A DNA stretch of 64,000 bases from positions 9,408,882-9,472,881 of the forward strand of contig OZ199840.1 of NCBI GenBank assembly GCA_964304625.1. Reading direction: 5' to 3'. The position numbers were made by a program, and so were the translations under genes. Below are positions 39,954 to 53,100 of this stretch, piece by piece. A model generated the notes under the pieces. The model was given only the letters and a program-made list of their open reading frames with translations. It made no database searches and was not told the origin of the DNA. Origin of the DNA: Kudoa neothunni (lineage: Eukaryota; Animalia; Cnidaria). How positions within the stretch are numbered: position 1 is the first letter of the stretch; each line of letters starts with the position of its first letter.

Positions 39954-40733
39954 TTAACAGGATTCATCTTCAGAATCCTCTTCGCTCGATATTTGTCCTT
40001 GTAATACACTTTCAGTCAGCTCTTCTTTGGGGGCACGATCTAAAGCCATAGTTTGAAGTGGAGGTAGCTTGGCCACTCCATTTGGAGGGTGATTGGATCC
40101 ATTGATTAACGATTGACTAGACTATGATATCCCAGTGAAAATTTCAACACACAGTCTATTCTTCAAATTACGTTTGAAATAGAATGTGGCGTCAAGGTTG
40201 AAGCAGCATGAGTGTATGTGTTGATAAGTTGAATAAGTTCAGGATTGATAATTGGTGTCACACCTTCCTTGATACACGAGTTGATGTACTCGACTAGAAC
40301 CATATTTTAGGTGAATTAGGTGAATTAATGATAAAATACGCTGGGCATTGAGGAAGTCAACTTCGGGACCAAGACTTTCAATAGATGTCTACAACACACC
40401 AATTAACAGCAGCACCAATTGCACACAACAAACTTTCATCAAATCGTATTCCAAATTGCTGGCTTCCACGAAGCTGGTTGCGTGATTTAAAACCACACTT
40501 CTAGAAGCTTTCTCACCAGCCAACATGGGCAGGGCTTCTTTTAGTCGCTCGAAATTATCTTTAATGTGATTTCGCCGGTTTCGTTCCAATGCATTATGAT
40601 GTTCTCTTTTAGAATCGCGTTCCTACAAATAAGATAGTCAAAACGCACGTAATCAGATGTGGAATATGTATTATCGGCGACTTAAAAACTAGGAGACGTT
40701 CATACCATCAGAAAAATCAGAATATTAATCCAT
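39954..40733 (-). CDS. MAX: Max bHLH-Zip transcription factor (5' structure ambiguous; start at 40733 or 40708)
   Basis: KREHHNALERNRRNHIKDNFERLKEALPMLAGEKASRSVVLNHAT is the Max basic-HLH. Spliced zipper and an acidic SSEEDSEDE tail follow across three further GT-AG introns. Confidence 0.88.
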
Positions 40734-40883
40734 TTAAATGGAAACTATTATGCTGGGGGACAATAATAATCCAAATTAACTTAGAATAGTTGGTTGGGAA
40801 AATATTTTTAACAATTGTTCATCCCCATTCAAGCCTCGCAGAAACATTCTATTGTAAAGTTTCACGCAGACTTGATTACATCA

Positions 40884-40905
40884 AATTAATGCACGTGTAT
40901 TAATT
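40884..40905. promoter_or_regulatory. E-box CACGTG inside a 22-bp near-perfect palindrome upstream of MAX
   Basis: AATTAAT-G-CACGTG-T-ATTAATT, about 160 bp upstream of the Max coding start. Confidence 0.45.
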
Positions 40906-41872
40906 AGTAAACCATACCATTTTTGTCTGCGTTCACCTGTTCAATAAGTAGTTTTCCCAGATTTGCCAGCTAAATCCAATTTAAAAATCAGCCTAAATGC
41001 TGTCTTATAATCGTTAACCGTACCAAACTATCAGTTGGATGAATACACCCTCGGTGTGATTCGGGCGCATTCAATAATAGGATTTAACAGCATCTGCCAA
41101 ACAAATAACGCTTCCGCCTTTGATTAAGAGTGCATTGGTCTATTCAGTCGCTAACTTGTCGTATGCGCATTTGTCACCTATTTATTCTCTTTAAAACCGC
41201 CACACCTTTATTATTGTCTAAAAACGCAGATTATTATCAACTTTTATGTGAATCTGGTTTTGTGGAATATTTTATGGAATTTCGTGTACAATTTAATTTT
41301 CAAAAGATTACCATTGCTTATTTTTTACGATATTGGTTAAATTTTTTGACGTAACTTTCAAAACGATGATTTAAGTATTAATGGTGTCACTCATAATGAG
41401 TGGTTATGCTTATGTCAACACATTTAACCCTTTAGACTGTAGGCTATCATCGGACAATCACGTAAAGGTTGAACTGGGATCCAAGAGTTCAGTCGGATTA
41501 GTTTGATCATTTTAGGGCTCCACAATTAATCGTTTAGTTGTCTTTAGGCTTTATTAACACATCAAAGATGTCCTATCATTGAGTATCATATTTTACACAT
41601 TGATTCAGGCTAATACATCTCTAAATTAAAATTAAGTATTTTTAAAATTCGTTTAAATAAATTCATCGCTAATTGTAAAAAATACAAGTTCAGTATCAGA
41701 TAACATATCGAATATGAAAGCAAACATGAATCTAATAGATTTTTAAAATTTCTTTTTTTTCGCGAATTATTTAAAAGAAAATTTGGCAAACTTCAATTAG
41801 AATAAAAACTGAAAAATCACTATAATATTTTCTATTCTTATTCCAATATCATAATTAGTTTCTTATATTGTA

Positions 41873-43426
41873 GGGTTTCCCGATCGATACGAGATTCGTT
41901 GCAATCAATGTGAGATTCTTTGCGATCAATAAGAGATCTTTTGCTCAAATCTGAGACTCACCTTTTTAAAATAAGGCTTTTTCCCATTAAGGTGAACACC
42001 GTAAAAGAGTTGGAAGTTTAGTTGCCTAATAGCTAGATTTGTTGCAATCACGCAAGACTACGGGGAACATTCTGTCGAGTGACCTAGTCACTAAGTATTT
42101 CCTACTAATTAATGTATATAAATTATGTATTATTAAAATTCTCTTGTAAATATTGCATATATTCATATTTTTAGGATGGAATTTAATTCTGAAAATAGTC
42201 AACCTAATAAAAATAAAGTAGGCATTAGCGATGATGATGATGATGATGATGATTGATGATGATGATGATGATGATGATTGATGATGATGATGATGATGAT
42301 TGATGATGATGATGATGATGATGATAGGATAAAAATCATAAACAAATCGTTGGAAGGAATATCGGCGAAACAGATTTCTGAAAATCTTTCATTTAACTAC
42401 AAATCCGTTTGGAGAATCATCGACAATTACAACAGAAATGGTGTTGTAAACGTTCAGAAACGTGGAGGTGACAGAAAATCGAAGTTATCTTACGATCAAA
42501 AATTAGAAATTTTAACTTGGATTGACCGTAATTGTTTGCTGAGACTGAACGATATCACTAGAATAGTCAGCGATAAGTTTGGACTCTCAGTCAGCATAAG
42601 TACAGTTGACAGAATTATCCGAAACTTACATTACACAATAAAATCCGCCGTCCCGATTCCCAAAAGAAGAAATTGTGAATCCACGATTGAAACCAGATTC
42701 AAATATGCTAAAGATTTTTAGGGAACATGAGCTGGAGATAGAGGATAAAAACTTCATATTTATGGTCGAGGTTGGGTTTTCGCCTTATCTTCCTGTTTCA
42801 GCTGCCCGGAGTAGAAATATTTCGGTTGTGTCTGCTATGAATAAATATGGCATGATATATCACAAAATTCACGACAAGGCAGTGAATAGTGAAGATTTTA
42901 GAAAATGTCTAATTGAAATAAAGAATGTCTGCTTATCCAAGAATATAAACAATCCAATTTTTATTCTTGATAACGCATGTATCCATCATTACAGCGAACT
43001 CAATGACACAATTGACTCACTCCAACTTAAATTGTTTTTCCTGAAACCGTATTCTCCGTTCCTAAATCCTATCAAGAATATTTTTTTATGTGTGGAGAAA
43101 TTTGGTTATAAGAGCAGAAACAAAAAATGAGAGAGAATTCAAAGAATTAATATCATCTAAATTTAATGAGATTGATGGCTCGCATTGTGATGACTTCTAT
43201 AGGAAGATGTTAAAGTATTTACAAAAAGCAGAAAACAAAGAAATAATTAATCAATAAAAAATTTATTTTCTGCTATTGTTAGATTTATTATGTCGATATA
43301 TTGGAAATTTTTTTCTGCGCAGAATTTAGGTTTTTCATAATTTGAGACTTCAATATTTCAATAATCAAACTTACCTTAATGAATATCGCATTGATTGTAA
43401 AAAATCTCATATTGATAGGAACACCC
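41873..43426 (+). mobile_element. IS630/Tc1-mariner-type transposon with disrupted transposase (42176 to about 43257)
   Basis: TA|GGGTTTCCCGATCGATACGAGATT and inverted AATCTCATATTGATAGGAACACCC|TA. HTH region, then FMVEVGF, ILDNACIHH and LKPYSPFLNPIKNIF; frameshifted and catalytic residues mutated. Confidence 0.88.
42230..42325 (+). repeat. Compound microsatellite (GAT)8-T-(GAT)8-T-(GAT)7-T-(GAT)8
   Basis: Read directly; lies within the 5' end of the transposase. Confidence 0.9.
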
Positions 43427-43688
43427 TATAATTGCACTTTGTATATACCTAAAAGTAATTTTATTAAAAACCAGAAAATATTCTTAAAAAGTTTTGTTAC
43501 ATATAATTCGCAATTTTACACTAATATATGTATCAGATAATTATGTATCAACAGTAAACGGACTAATAAACAGAAATAGATACATAACGTTTGAATCAAA
43601 CGTGAATCTTCAAAAATTTCATTCAAATCATCAAACGCAATGCTTTCGGCTTCGGATGGATAAAAATCATTGGAACCAATAAGACCTA

Positions 43689-45120
43689 CAGTCAAACCAG
43701 GATATTGCGTAATTTTTTGGGAATGGAAACAAATTACGCAATAGGTTGATTTTACGCAATAGGGGGTATTAGCGCGTGCTCGTTACGTATAAAAAACAAA
43801 ATTTATTCAAAGTTACAATAACTGGAAATTTCAGTTTGTTTGCACCAATCTTTGATTATTTCAGATATGAAATCCATAACTGGATGTGCTTTGAAAGTAA
43901 TGTTATTGAGTTTTCTTTCATAAAAGTTTTATGATTAAATTAATTGAATATTTGAGTTCTGCAGGTGACTGACACAATCGTTTTATCTCTTAAAAAGTTT
44001 GGATCGATATTTTTTTAAATCTATCAACTGCATACACTTCACATAAAGCTATTGATTCTCCATGTATTTTTTCTCTCTTCTTCGATGTTGTTGATTTCAT
44101 CAGATTTTTTTATTTAAAAATTAAAGTTGATAAACAATTACACAGTGTGACGAAATTTTCAACATTATTTTCAGAAAAATCTTGAGATTAGTTTTCATTA
44201 TTTATTAATGTTTAATTTAATATATTGAAGAATCAAAATACAATGTTCAAAAAGTATAGATTCTACTAAGCGATTTTGAATGATAGTCGATGATAAGTTT
44301 TCCGATGCATGCTTTAAAGTTTTAATAAAACCAAAACGGTATACTTAAATAAATTTGAATTATCCGTATTTATTATGTTGCACTCTTCGTATCCTAGTGA
44401 AACTTTTGTGAAATTTCCTGGAAAAACTAATCATAGTTTGACTATTCACGTTGTTGGTTTCACCATAAAATTTTTTGTAATTAATTCTATGTTTAAATCC
44501 CAAGAACCAACCGTTACTACCGGTGAATTTTTCGATACCTATGGATTTAGTATTGCTTTTCTTCTTTTCCACAATTAGGTAAGCAAGAACAATCTTTTCT
44601 CATTTCGCATTTTAGTTATCCAAGAATAAATTATCTAATTCCGCGCATTTGTCTTCTTGACTTCTTTTTTTTCGAAGCTGATATAGTAAAATTAATAATA
44701 TCATATTGAGAAGCTAAAATTCTATTAATTGTAAAGTACCTTGAAAATATATTATCTTGAGGTTAGATAATTTCATATTATTAGATGGTTTAGAATGTTT
44801 ATAAGTCATTATTTTTTCTCCTTTGAGTAATTTAATCGAATTATAATATTTGATAATTTCAATTTTTTCAACCATCGTTCGTTGATTCCTTACCATTCTT
44901 TCGCAGACTTCAAAAGGACGATTACGTGCGGATTAAACTGAACAAAATGTTACGCAGCAGCGAAATCTTAAAGTTATACCTCTCTAATCAAATATATTCA
45001 TCTTTGTTCCCTCCGGTAAGATTAATTTAAATAATATACAAGCAAAGTTTAAATAGAAAATTAAAATATCCTTTATATTCCAATAAACATGTGAAATTAC
45101 GCACTATTCAGGTTCCACTG
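43689..45120 (-). mobile_element. Decayed pogo/Tigger transposon
   Basis: TIRs TA|CAGTCAAACCAGGATATTGCGTAATTT / AAATTACGCACTATTCAGGTTCCACTG|TA; CENP-B-type HTH remnant FTGSNGWFLGFKHR on the minus strand. Confidence 0.8.
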
Positions 45121-45219
45121 TATCATTGTAAGAAGAAATCACATGTAAAGGATTAATTGAACCTAAACCCAGAAATAAACGATATAATAATAATCCACTT
45201 CAATTAAAACTCAACTTAA

Positions 45220-45460
45220 CCTTCTAAACTAGTAAAAAATTCCATCCTCTAACGGGCCAAGGGTGAAAAACACCCCAGACTTTTTTTTCTTAAATTTACT
45301 CAAAAAATAATTTTGAATTTATATAAGAATTTTTAGTAGATTCTATCGATAGAATTTGGAGTATATTTACATCTATTACAAAACTTAATCTGTTTCGACA
45401 TGATTCGGCTCGATTATCGTGGATTATTTTCAACGAATAATAAGGTCTTGCGTTAAACTT
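45220..45460. mobile_element. Isolated piggyBac terminal fragment
   Basis: TTAA|CCTTCTAA...TTCCATCCTCTAACGGG...GAAAAACACCCC closely matches 1574-1810. Confidence 0.7.
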
Positions 45461-45468
45461 ATTACATA

Positions 45469-47010
45469 TCTATCTATTCTAATATATAAAGTAGTAGTGT
45501 CAGCAAGTGTTCATGTGCCACGGAGAAACTTTTTTAAAATACAACTTTTAGTGCGCATTTGAATAGATGATACCATTAATTAAAATGGTTCATTTATGTA
45601 GAAATACAAATATAATCAATACCGCAGTTACAAGTAAGGAATTTTCTAGTTGTTTACTTCGGAGTAATAGTCAGTTAAATAAAATTTTACTCGCGATATA
45701 GTAGGTAAATCCGTTAATTTTGATATAGAATGTTTTGAAAAATGCTATATATCTTATATATGCCTGTTTGGAGCCATTTTAAGACAAATAAAACTATTAA
45801 CGTTACATTTAAAAGAGTTTTTTAAAATATAGATTCATTTTCAAGCATTATAGATACATTTTAAGCGAAAAGAATATGACCATCTTAAAGAAAACATAAT
45901 TTGAGATTATAAGTTGTTGTCATCGAGAAATAATTTGGTAGTCCTATAAGCATTCTAAAAACAATGTAAGATGTGTGTAGAGTTTTCAAATAATTAAATT
46001 TTTGTGATAACTTTTTAAATGAAAATTATGCTCCATTGGAATTCCTGAGGTGTGAAAATTTCTTTTTATCAAATATATCGATTGAAATTATATTCGTCTT
46101 TTCAATAAGTTTCTATATTTAATGAGATAATTGTTAAATAATGTTTAAGTTCTTAGTTACCTAATTATTCGCTACCCCAGACCCTATGGTTAATATTCAA
46201 ATCAATATATAATTTTCTTTTCTTTTCTCACGAACTAATTCATTATGATATAAAAGCTGCATGAAAATATGCGACACCTCATTCTACACGTAGTTTAAGA
46301 ATTTATATTCATGATTACTTGCACAAAATACAATCCCCTCTCAATATATGACATGCAAGTTAATAAAAAATTATTCATCTATTCGATCTAACCGATGTTT
46401 TCACGTAGTTTTCGTTGATCTAAGAATAGTTCAATACGAAGAAATTTTGTAGGGCAATCAAACAGTACGTTTATTTTTAAAAGGGTGCATCCCCCCGAGA
46501 AAACCAGTTGATATTTAAGTATTTTAGCACTACTGTAATTTTTAAAACCAAAAACATCTTTACAATTTCAATTTAATCGTATTTTCATAATTAAACTTGT
46601 GTATTGTTGAACCAATAAGTATTTTCGTTAAAAATAAAGGTTTCATTTATTTAAAAATCGGGAAATTATGTTAAAATAGTGAATACGTAAGTTACCACTT
46701 ACAGATTATTAAAACCTCATTAACATCCTTTATAAAATTGCAAAAGGGAGTAGCAATTAATATTTTTGTTTCTGACGCGTTTTAGATTGATGTTGTCCTT
46801 TTTTTATCGTTTGTAGACTAATAATAAATTTTATAACTAATTTACTTAATGATTTTGTTTAATAAATAAATGCACTTTTATCGTTAATTAAGTTGCTCAT
46901 AAAATTAAGGTCATTATATTTTTGGTCAATAATTTGTAAAATAAACTTATAAATACTCATTAATTTCTCTCATTACCTCTATTTATATTTGAATGGGATA
47001 TGTGCGCATA
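45469..47010 (+). mobile_element. Non-autonomous Helitron, 3'-truncated
   Basis: A|TCTATCTATTCTAATATATAAAG start; inverted homologue of 18960-20912; no CTAG end seen. Confidence 0.7.
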
Positions 47011-47191
47011 ATAAATGTTGTTTATGAGCTTATATATTTTTAGAAAAAAATAAATCTAAATTCAATATGGAAAAATAACAATAGTTATCAACTACAATTA
47101 TTATAATTAAAACAAAATAGTAAAAAAATTTGTTTGCTGAATTTTATAATATAGTTAACTTATGTAATGGACAGTGAATGTATCATAGTCT

Positions 47192-50100
47192 TTATAGATC
47201 ATAAGAAGCGTCCTTAGAATTCTTTTTGTAAACAGCTATACCCATCACCACCAAAAGTGAAGTCACGATGGGTATCATTGCATATAATCTAAAAGAAATT
47301 ATCTACAATAAATATGTATTCTCCGTTACATATAACTCCCAACTGACCTATCTAATGTTAAACTCTAAAATATAAATGTCAATTACGAATAACTATTCTT
47401 TGCAGCATCGTAGTTGTGATTTTCTTTATTATCTAAAATTTTTCTTATTTGTCAGATCATTAAATTTTAATAATTTTACTAAATATAATGTTATAGACAT
47501 GACATGAAATTTTGTTTTTACCTTTTCTCAACCTTTTCTATTACTTTCTGAACGATATCATTTACTACAATGTTGGCATACTCGCTCCTTATGTTTTCTC
47601 CTTCTATAAATTTTTTATTCAACAAGGATTTTTTATTTAATTTACTAAATAAATCATTATAATTATATAAAAGATAATTGGAATTCTATTACCCTTTCAT
47701 TTTACCAATTCTTGAGTCTTCGCAAAATATATTATTAGATAATAAGGATTATTTAATAATTTAAACAAAATATTCTTACATTGAATATTATATGATCTAT
47801 ATAAGGAGTGATCTTTTACTTTCAGTTTCAATATATAATCCTTTTCTGTCGATAAATTATTGATCTTAACGACACACTTATTGGCAGAGCATTCTTCGTC
47901 ATCATTACACCATGTAACAATTTTCCCCTCCTGATCGTTTCCGATTTTTTCCTGAATCATAAACGGACATCTTGAATTCTCATCTTTCCCATCGAAATTC
48001 ACTTCAGTTGTCAAATCACTATATCCATGTAACGAATGTTTTGTTGAAATAGCTCCATTCACTAAAAAATATTATTAATCATAGGCTAATCGATTTTTAA
48101 TACTTATTTCAATAGAATACTCCTTTTGTGTTTTGCCATCAGATGGTTCGACTGTCACGGTGTAAGTCGCTCCTAAGTCTAGGTTGACAATTTTGAACTT
48201 AGCATCACATTTGTTCTCGCATGCTCCCATTTCATCACATGTAGCCATATATTTTGGATCGGAGGTGCCATGTTTTTTAACATATATTCTGCAGACTGGA
48301 AAATAAGTTTCGGTTCCAAATGGTGTTATTGTAACAGTGGAACCCTTTTTGATTGGATCTGAATTATTCGCTGTTAAATCTCCTTCTCCAGCTAAATATA
48401 TTGTTAAACTTTATTGTTTAAATATGCTGTTACTTGTTCGGAATGTTATTTTCTTTACATAGTTATTAATTCCAACGTTGGTTACCGTTACAGAAATTAT
48501 ATAACTTGTGCCGGCCAGAAGGTTATTAATAGTGTATGACTCTTCACAGCTAGTATTACATTCATTATTGTCCTTACATTCAGCTTTTGTTTCAGTCGAA
48601 CAAGTATTTGCTCGGCGTATTTTAATTGTACACACTGAATCAGAGACATCCGCATTCATACTCTTATAGACATTAAGCCCTGTAAGGATGACTCCCGCAT
48701 TTGAAATGCCACTTAAAATTATGCCATTGTCATTTCCTATAAAAAATTATGTTTAAAATTAAATCTGAAACTACTTTTAAAGTGTTGTTTGAACCCATCG
48801 GTATCAAACCTTCGTTTTACAATTATTCCAACATTATCACTTTCTTCTGTCATGTTGATAAAACCATCATGACAAAGATGGAAACACTCATTTTTCTCCC
48901 CAGTGCATCCATTTAAAACAGTATCTTCTTGATCTGAACCACTTTCATCTACCTTAAATACCTTTATATGACAAATCTCACCATTATATGGCCCAGGAGA
49001 GAATTTTATTTTAAGTTTTCTATTGTCATTATCAACACCTGAAACAGAATAAATGATTTCAGATTTTAGAGGGGTCTCGGCTTTAATGTAATTATTATTT
49101 ATGTAATATAATATTCCAGGCCATAACAGTGTCGAACTGACATTATAATAAATTATGTATCTATCAAGTGGGAGAGAAATGGATTTATCTTCTGGAGTCT
49201 CAGAATATGCTTCCATTTTCATGTTGGACTTATCTGTATCACTATGTGGAACATCCTTCCCATCGTATTGTATATTCCAATCAGTTATTGAGTTCGATTT
49301 GTAAGAGCAACTAACTTTGCCGTCAGTATAAGATATTTTATAAGTGTTATCTTGTTTATAATCTATAAAAAATATCGTTGAAAATTATAGTATATAGATA
49401 TAATTATTTTTAATTACTCATTATTATTGGGAACACTTGCATCATTTTACACCTTTTGGCTTCATCTTTGTCTGCACCATAACAAACTGATATATATCGA
49501 TCAATTTTGGAATTAATATATCCGACGTTAAGATCACTTTTGGTGCATTCCACCAAACAATCACCATCTTCTTCGTCTGTGCAGAGTTGTGGCTTTTTAA
49601 ATTCAGCTCCTATAAAACCAACTATCTTTATTACACAATAATTATTATCAGGAAAATCTTTCAATGTAACTGAAAATTTTTCAGCATCATCACTCGAAGA
49701 TTTTATAAACTTCTGTTCCAATTTTCCACGTCGAACAAAAGCTATAAACGTATGTCAAATTGAATTTGTTGTGAAAGTTACCGGGTATTGATAGCTTGAA
49801 TGGTGACGATATTTTATCTGCGTAAATCATCAACCTGTAGTTATACTTATTATCGTATACATCATGATCAAACTTGATATCATTACAGTTTTTAGCATCA
49901 TTCTCACAACCAATGCAAGACTTTATTATTCTCGTAGGTGAAACTATTTAAAGGTAATTAAAATACAACGAAACGATTACCTTTGTCTGTTTCATGTTTA
50001 TATAACTGATAGTAACATTTTTTATCACTTACGTTTTCCAAAGAATTCTTCGTTTGTATTTCGAGCTTGTTCTTCTTGGAATTATTTGAAATTACAAATT

Positions 50101-53100
50101 CAATTGTTTCACCCTCTATTTATTGTTTGGTCACTCATTTAATATACGAATACTAAATATTACTTGTTTTTTGGCTTTCAAAAATTTTTACGTCAAAATC
50201 TCCGCTAGGAACAATTTTGAGACCGTAAGTAGTACCGGAGTTTAGTCCAATAATTTCGAACTGTGATTGGCACGATTTCGCACACAACACATTTTCTGAG
50301 CAAATTGCAGGATAATATAAATCCTTTTTCTCTTTTACGTAGATAGTACAAATATTCGTTGATGCTGCAATACTCTCGGTGATTGTGAATCCATTAGCTG
50401 TAGGTGTTAATGAAGACGCTTCAATGGCAAGTTTCTTTGTTTGAGCTTAAAATATACTTAAATAACGTTTAATTTTATAAAATACTTATTTTATGGACAA
50501 AATATTTTCTTAGAGAGTAATTAGGTATATTAGTTATGGTAACCATAATATCATTATAAACATGAGTTGGGTCAGGAGTAATTTGAACCTTTCCAAAGCT
50601 ACAAGAGGTTGTTGAATCATCTCTGACTTTCCTTCCAGTTTCGGTAACTAGTGGAGCGTATGTGTTCCAAAATTTTAGTGAGCATACAACAGCAGAACTG
50701 ACAGTGTCCTCACCACCTTCACCTTTATCTTTCCCACGAATGTCAATTTGAATATTACTGCCAGCTGTTGCCACAGGGACATCATCTCCATGCTCCACTA
50801 AAAATTTTTTTACCTTATTTGTTAAGTATATCTAAATCTTACGTATGTGTATATTATTTTGATAGCCGATAGTTGGTTTCATTCCTAGTTTTAGAACCCT
50901 TATTTTAACCGCCTTTACATGTGTATTCACATTTTCAAATTTGTAGCTGTTACACATACTGAAAAAACAATTTTCTTTGTTATCACATTCATTGGAAAAA
51001 AAACTGGTAGAATTTGCTGTCGTGGCGTCTAGCCATTCGAATGTGCACATTTCAGATGGCTCGGAATTAACCAATTGAACTGTGAACGCATTGTTTTCTT
51101 TATCATTTTTTAGTTCATAATAAAATCTACTGAAAACTGGGGCTTGATTTCTAACAAATGTATTGTCATAGAAATAATGAAAATCGAAATATTCTGGGCA
51201 GCTTATATAATAGTCTTTTACTAACTCGTCGAATTGAATCGAATAACTTTCAAATTCACATTGGGAGTTGACAGAATGTTTTTCCGGATTAAGAGTTTGA
51301 ACTTGGATATCCTTAAATGCTTTGCATACTATTGAACATTTATTTAAACCTAATTTTATTTTGTCTACATCTAATTTAGCTGAGTAAGTAAGTTCTTTGA
51401 AATGATCTACAAAAATGATTAAATTTTTAACGAAATTATTTCATACCAATGTAATATGAATAAACCTTTCCTACGTTAAAAATAACTTCTGTCTGTATTT
51501 CTGGCATTTTAGCTTGTAGGGGTAGTGAAGGAGATGTGGAGGAATTTCCTTTTTCACCCAACGTCGTCGTTTTTTTTTCTGAATGTGAGTCTTCATCCCC
51601 TGTACCTGATTTTGCAATGATTTCTCTATTAATACCTGATTTTCCCTTAGGTTGTACAGTTTTAGTTTTCTTGTCTGAATAAGCGATAGAAACATAATTT
51701 GGTTTATTCTGACTGTGAGGATTAATTTCGAATGCTGTTGAGAGGTCGGCGTAATTTTTTTTGATTTCCACACCATTTTTTCCAGCATTTTCATATCCCG
51801 AAAGGTTATTATTAGATTTTTTAACTGTATATTCTTCACCGGTCTTATTAGGTAGATCATCATTATTGAATTTCACCATGTAACGTTGTGCAGATTTATC
51901 GTAATATATAACCATTTTCTGATCACCTTCATTAATACCACCTATAAATATAAAATTAATATTTCTATAAAATAACAATTACATTCTAGGCTGCCTTCTT
52001 TCGGTTTGGAGTGATCTTCATTTATAATAACTAGTTTATATGTGGTTTCAAAATTGAGAGAATCGCATGAAAAATCTATTGTCTTAGATTCACTCGATAC
52101 AGCAGGATTGCATCCTCGATTCAAACAATCCTTGATAATTTGGTTTGATCCTTGTTCCATTAGAACGTATGCCCAAGATGTTCCTGAACTTTCAGTCAAA
52201 GAAGCTTCCAACGTCACTGTTGTTTTCTTAGCCTGATTATTTTTTGATATTTTTATTATTAACTCAATTCCGGTAGCTATTTAATTTCATTATTGTTAGA
52301 ATTTATAAATAAGTTACTCGACGTTGCACTGCTATCAACACAGGTATATCCTCTCGGACATACAGTTATTTTGTAGTTTGTCTTAGGATCAAGGTTTATT
52401 ATATTAAAATCGTTATTACAAGCACCAGAACAAAATTTTTTGCCTTCACAAGTAGCAGGATACATCGGTGTATCACTTTCGGCTAATGAATAATAGAGAT
52501 CACATATTTCTTCATTAATGTTTTCATCAGAAAATGAATTAGATAAACTTAGAGTCAGTTTAGTATGTTGGTCAGTAATGGTGGTTGGTGTAATTTTTCC
52601 ACTTGTTGTTAATTCATCTCCTATATAAAATTAAAAATATAGAATTAGTATTTAGCGTTACCTTTAGTTTTGAAATAAAAATAGCGATGGTAATAATTTA
52701 CTTCAAGAGAATCTAATGTTTTAAGCCCTTTTATTTTAACTTTTAAAATGTATTCTGTTAGTAGTACAAGCGAGCTCAAAGTTATATGTTGGAAATTGTT
52801 ACACTCTGCATCACACGTGAGTTTTTTCCAATTATCTTTAATTCCCAGATTTTTCTCTATTATTTTAATTTCTGTGATAGTTACTTCGCCTTCATTTTTC
52901 TTTAGATTAGTTAACGCTAAGGTCGCCACATTCTTTCCAATTTCAGTAATAATGGGTTGATCGGTAGCAACTATAAAATTCATAAGGAACATTAGATAAA
53001 CTAGAATTTACATGTGATGGTTTGAATAAACTCTTTGGATATGATCTTATCAAGGGGTTTTACAAGTATTTGCGCAAAATTGAATGTTTGATCATGATAT

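Noticed and set aside
40725-40727. Stop-codon reassignment suggested by the in-frame TAA in Max
   Set aside because: TAA terminates several genes here (perilipin, Max, hnRNP, NSUN2, surface protein), and the other reconstructed exons contain no in-frame TAA.
42278-42325. ORF N-terminus MMMMMMMIDDDDDDDD
   Set aside because: Translation of the GAT microsatellite, not a real protein start.
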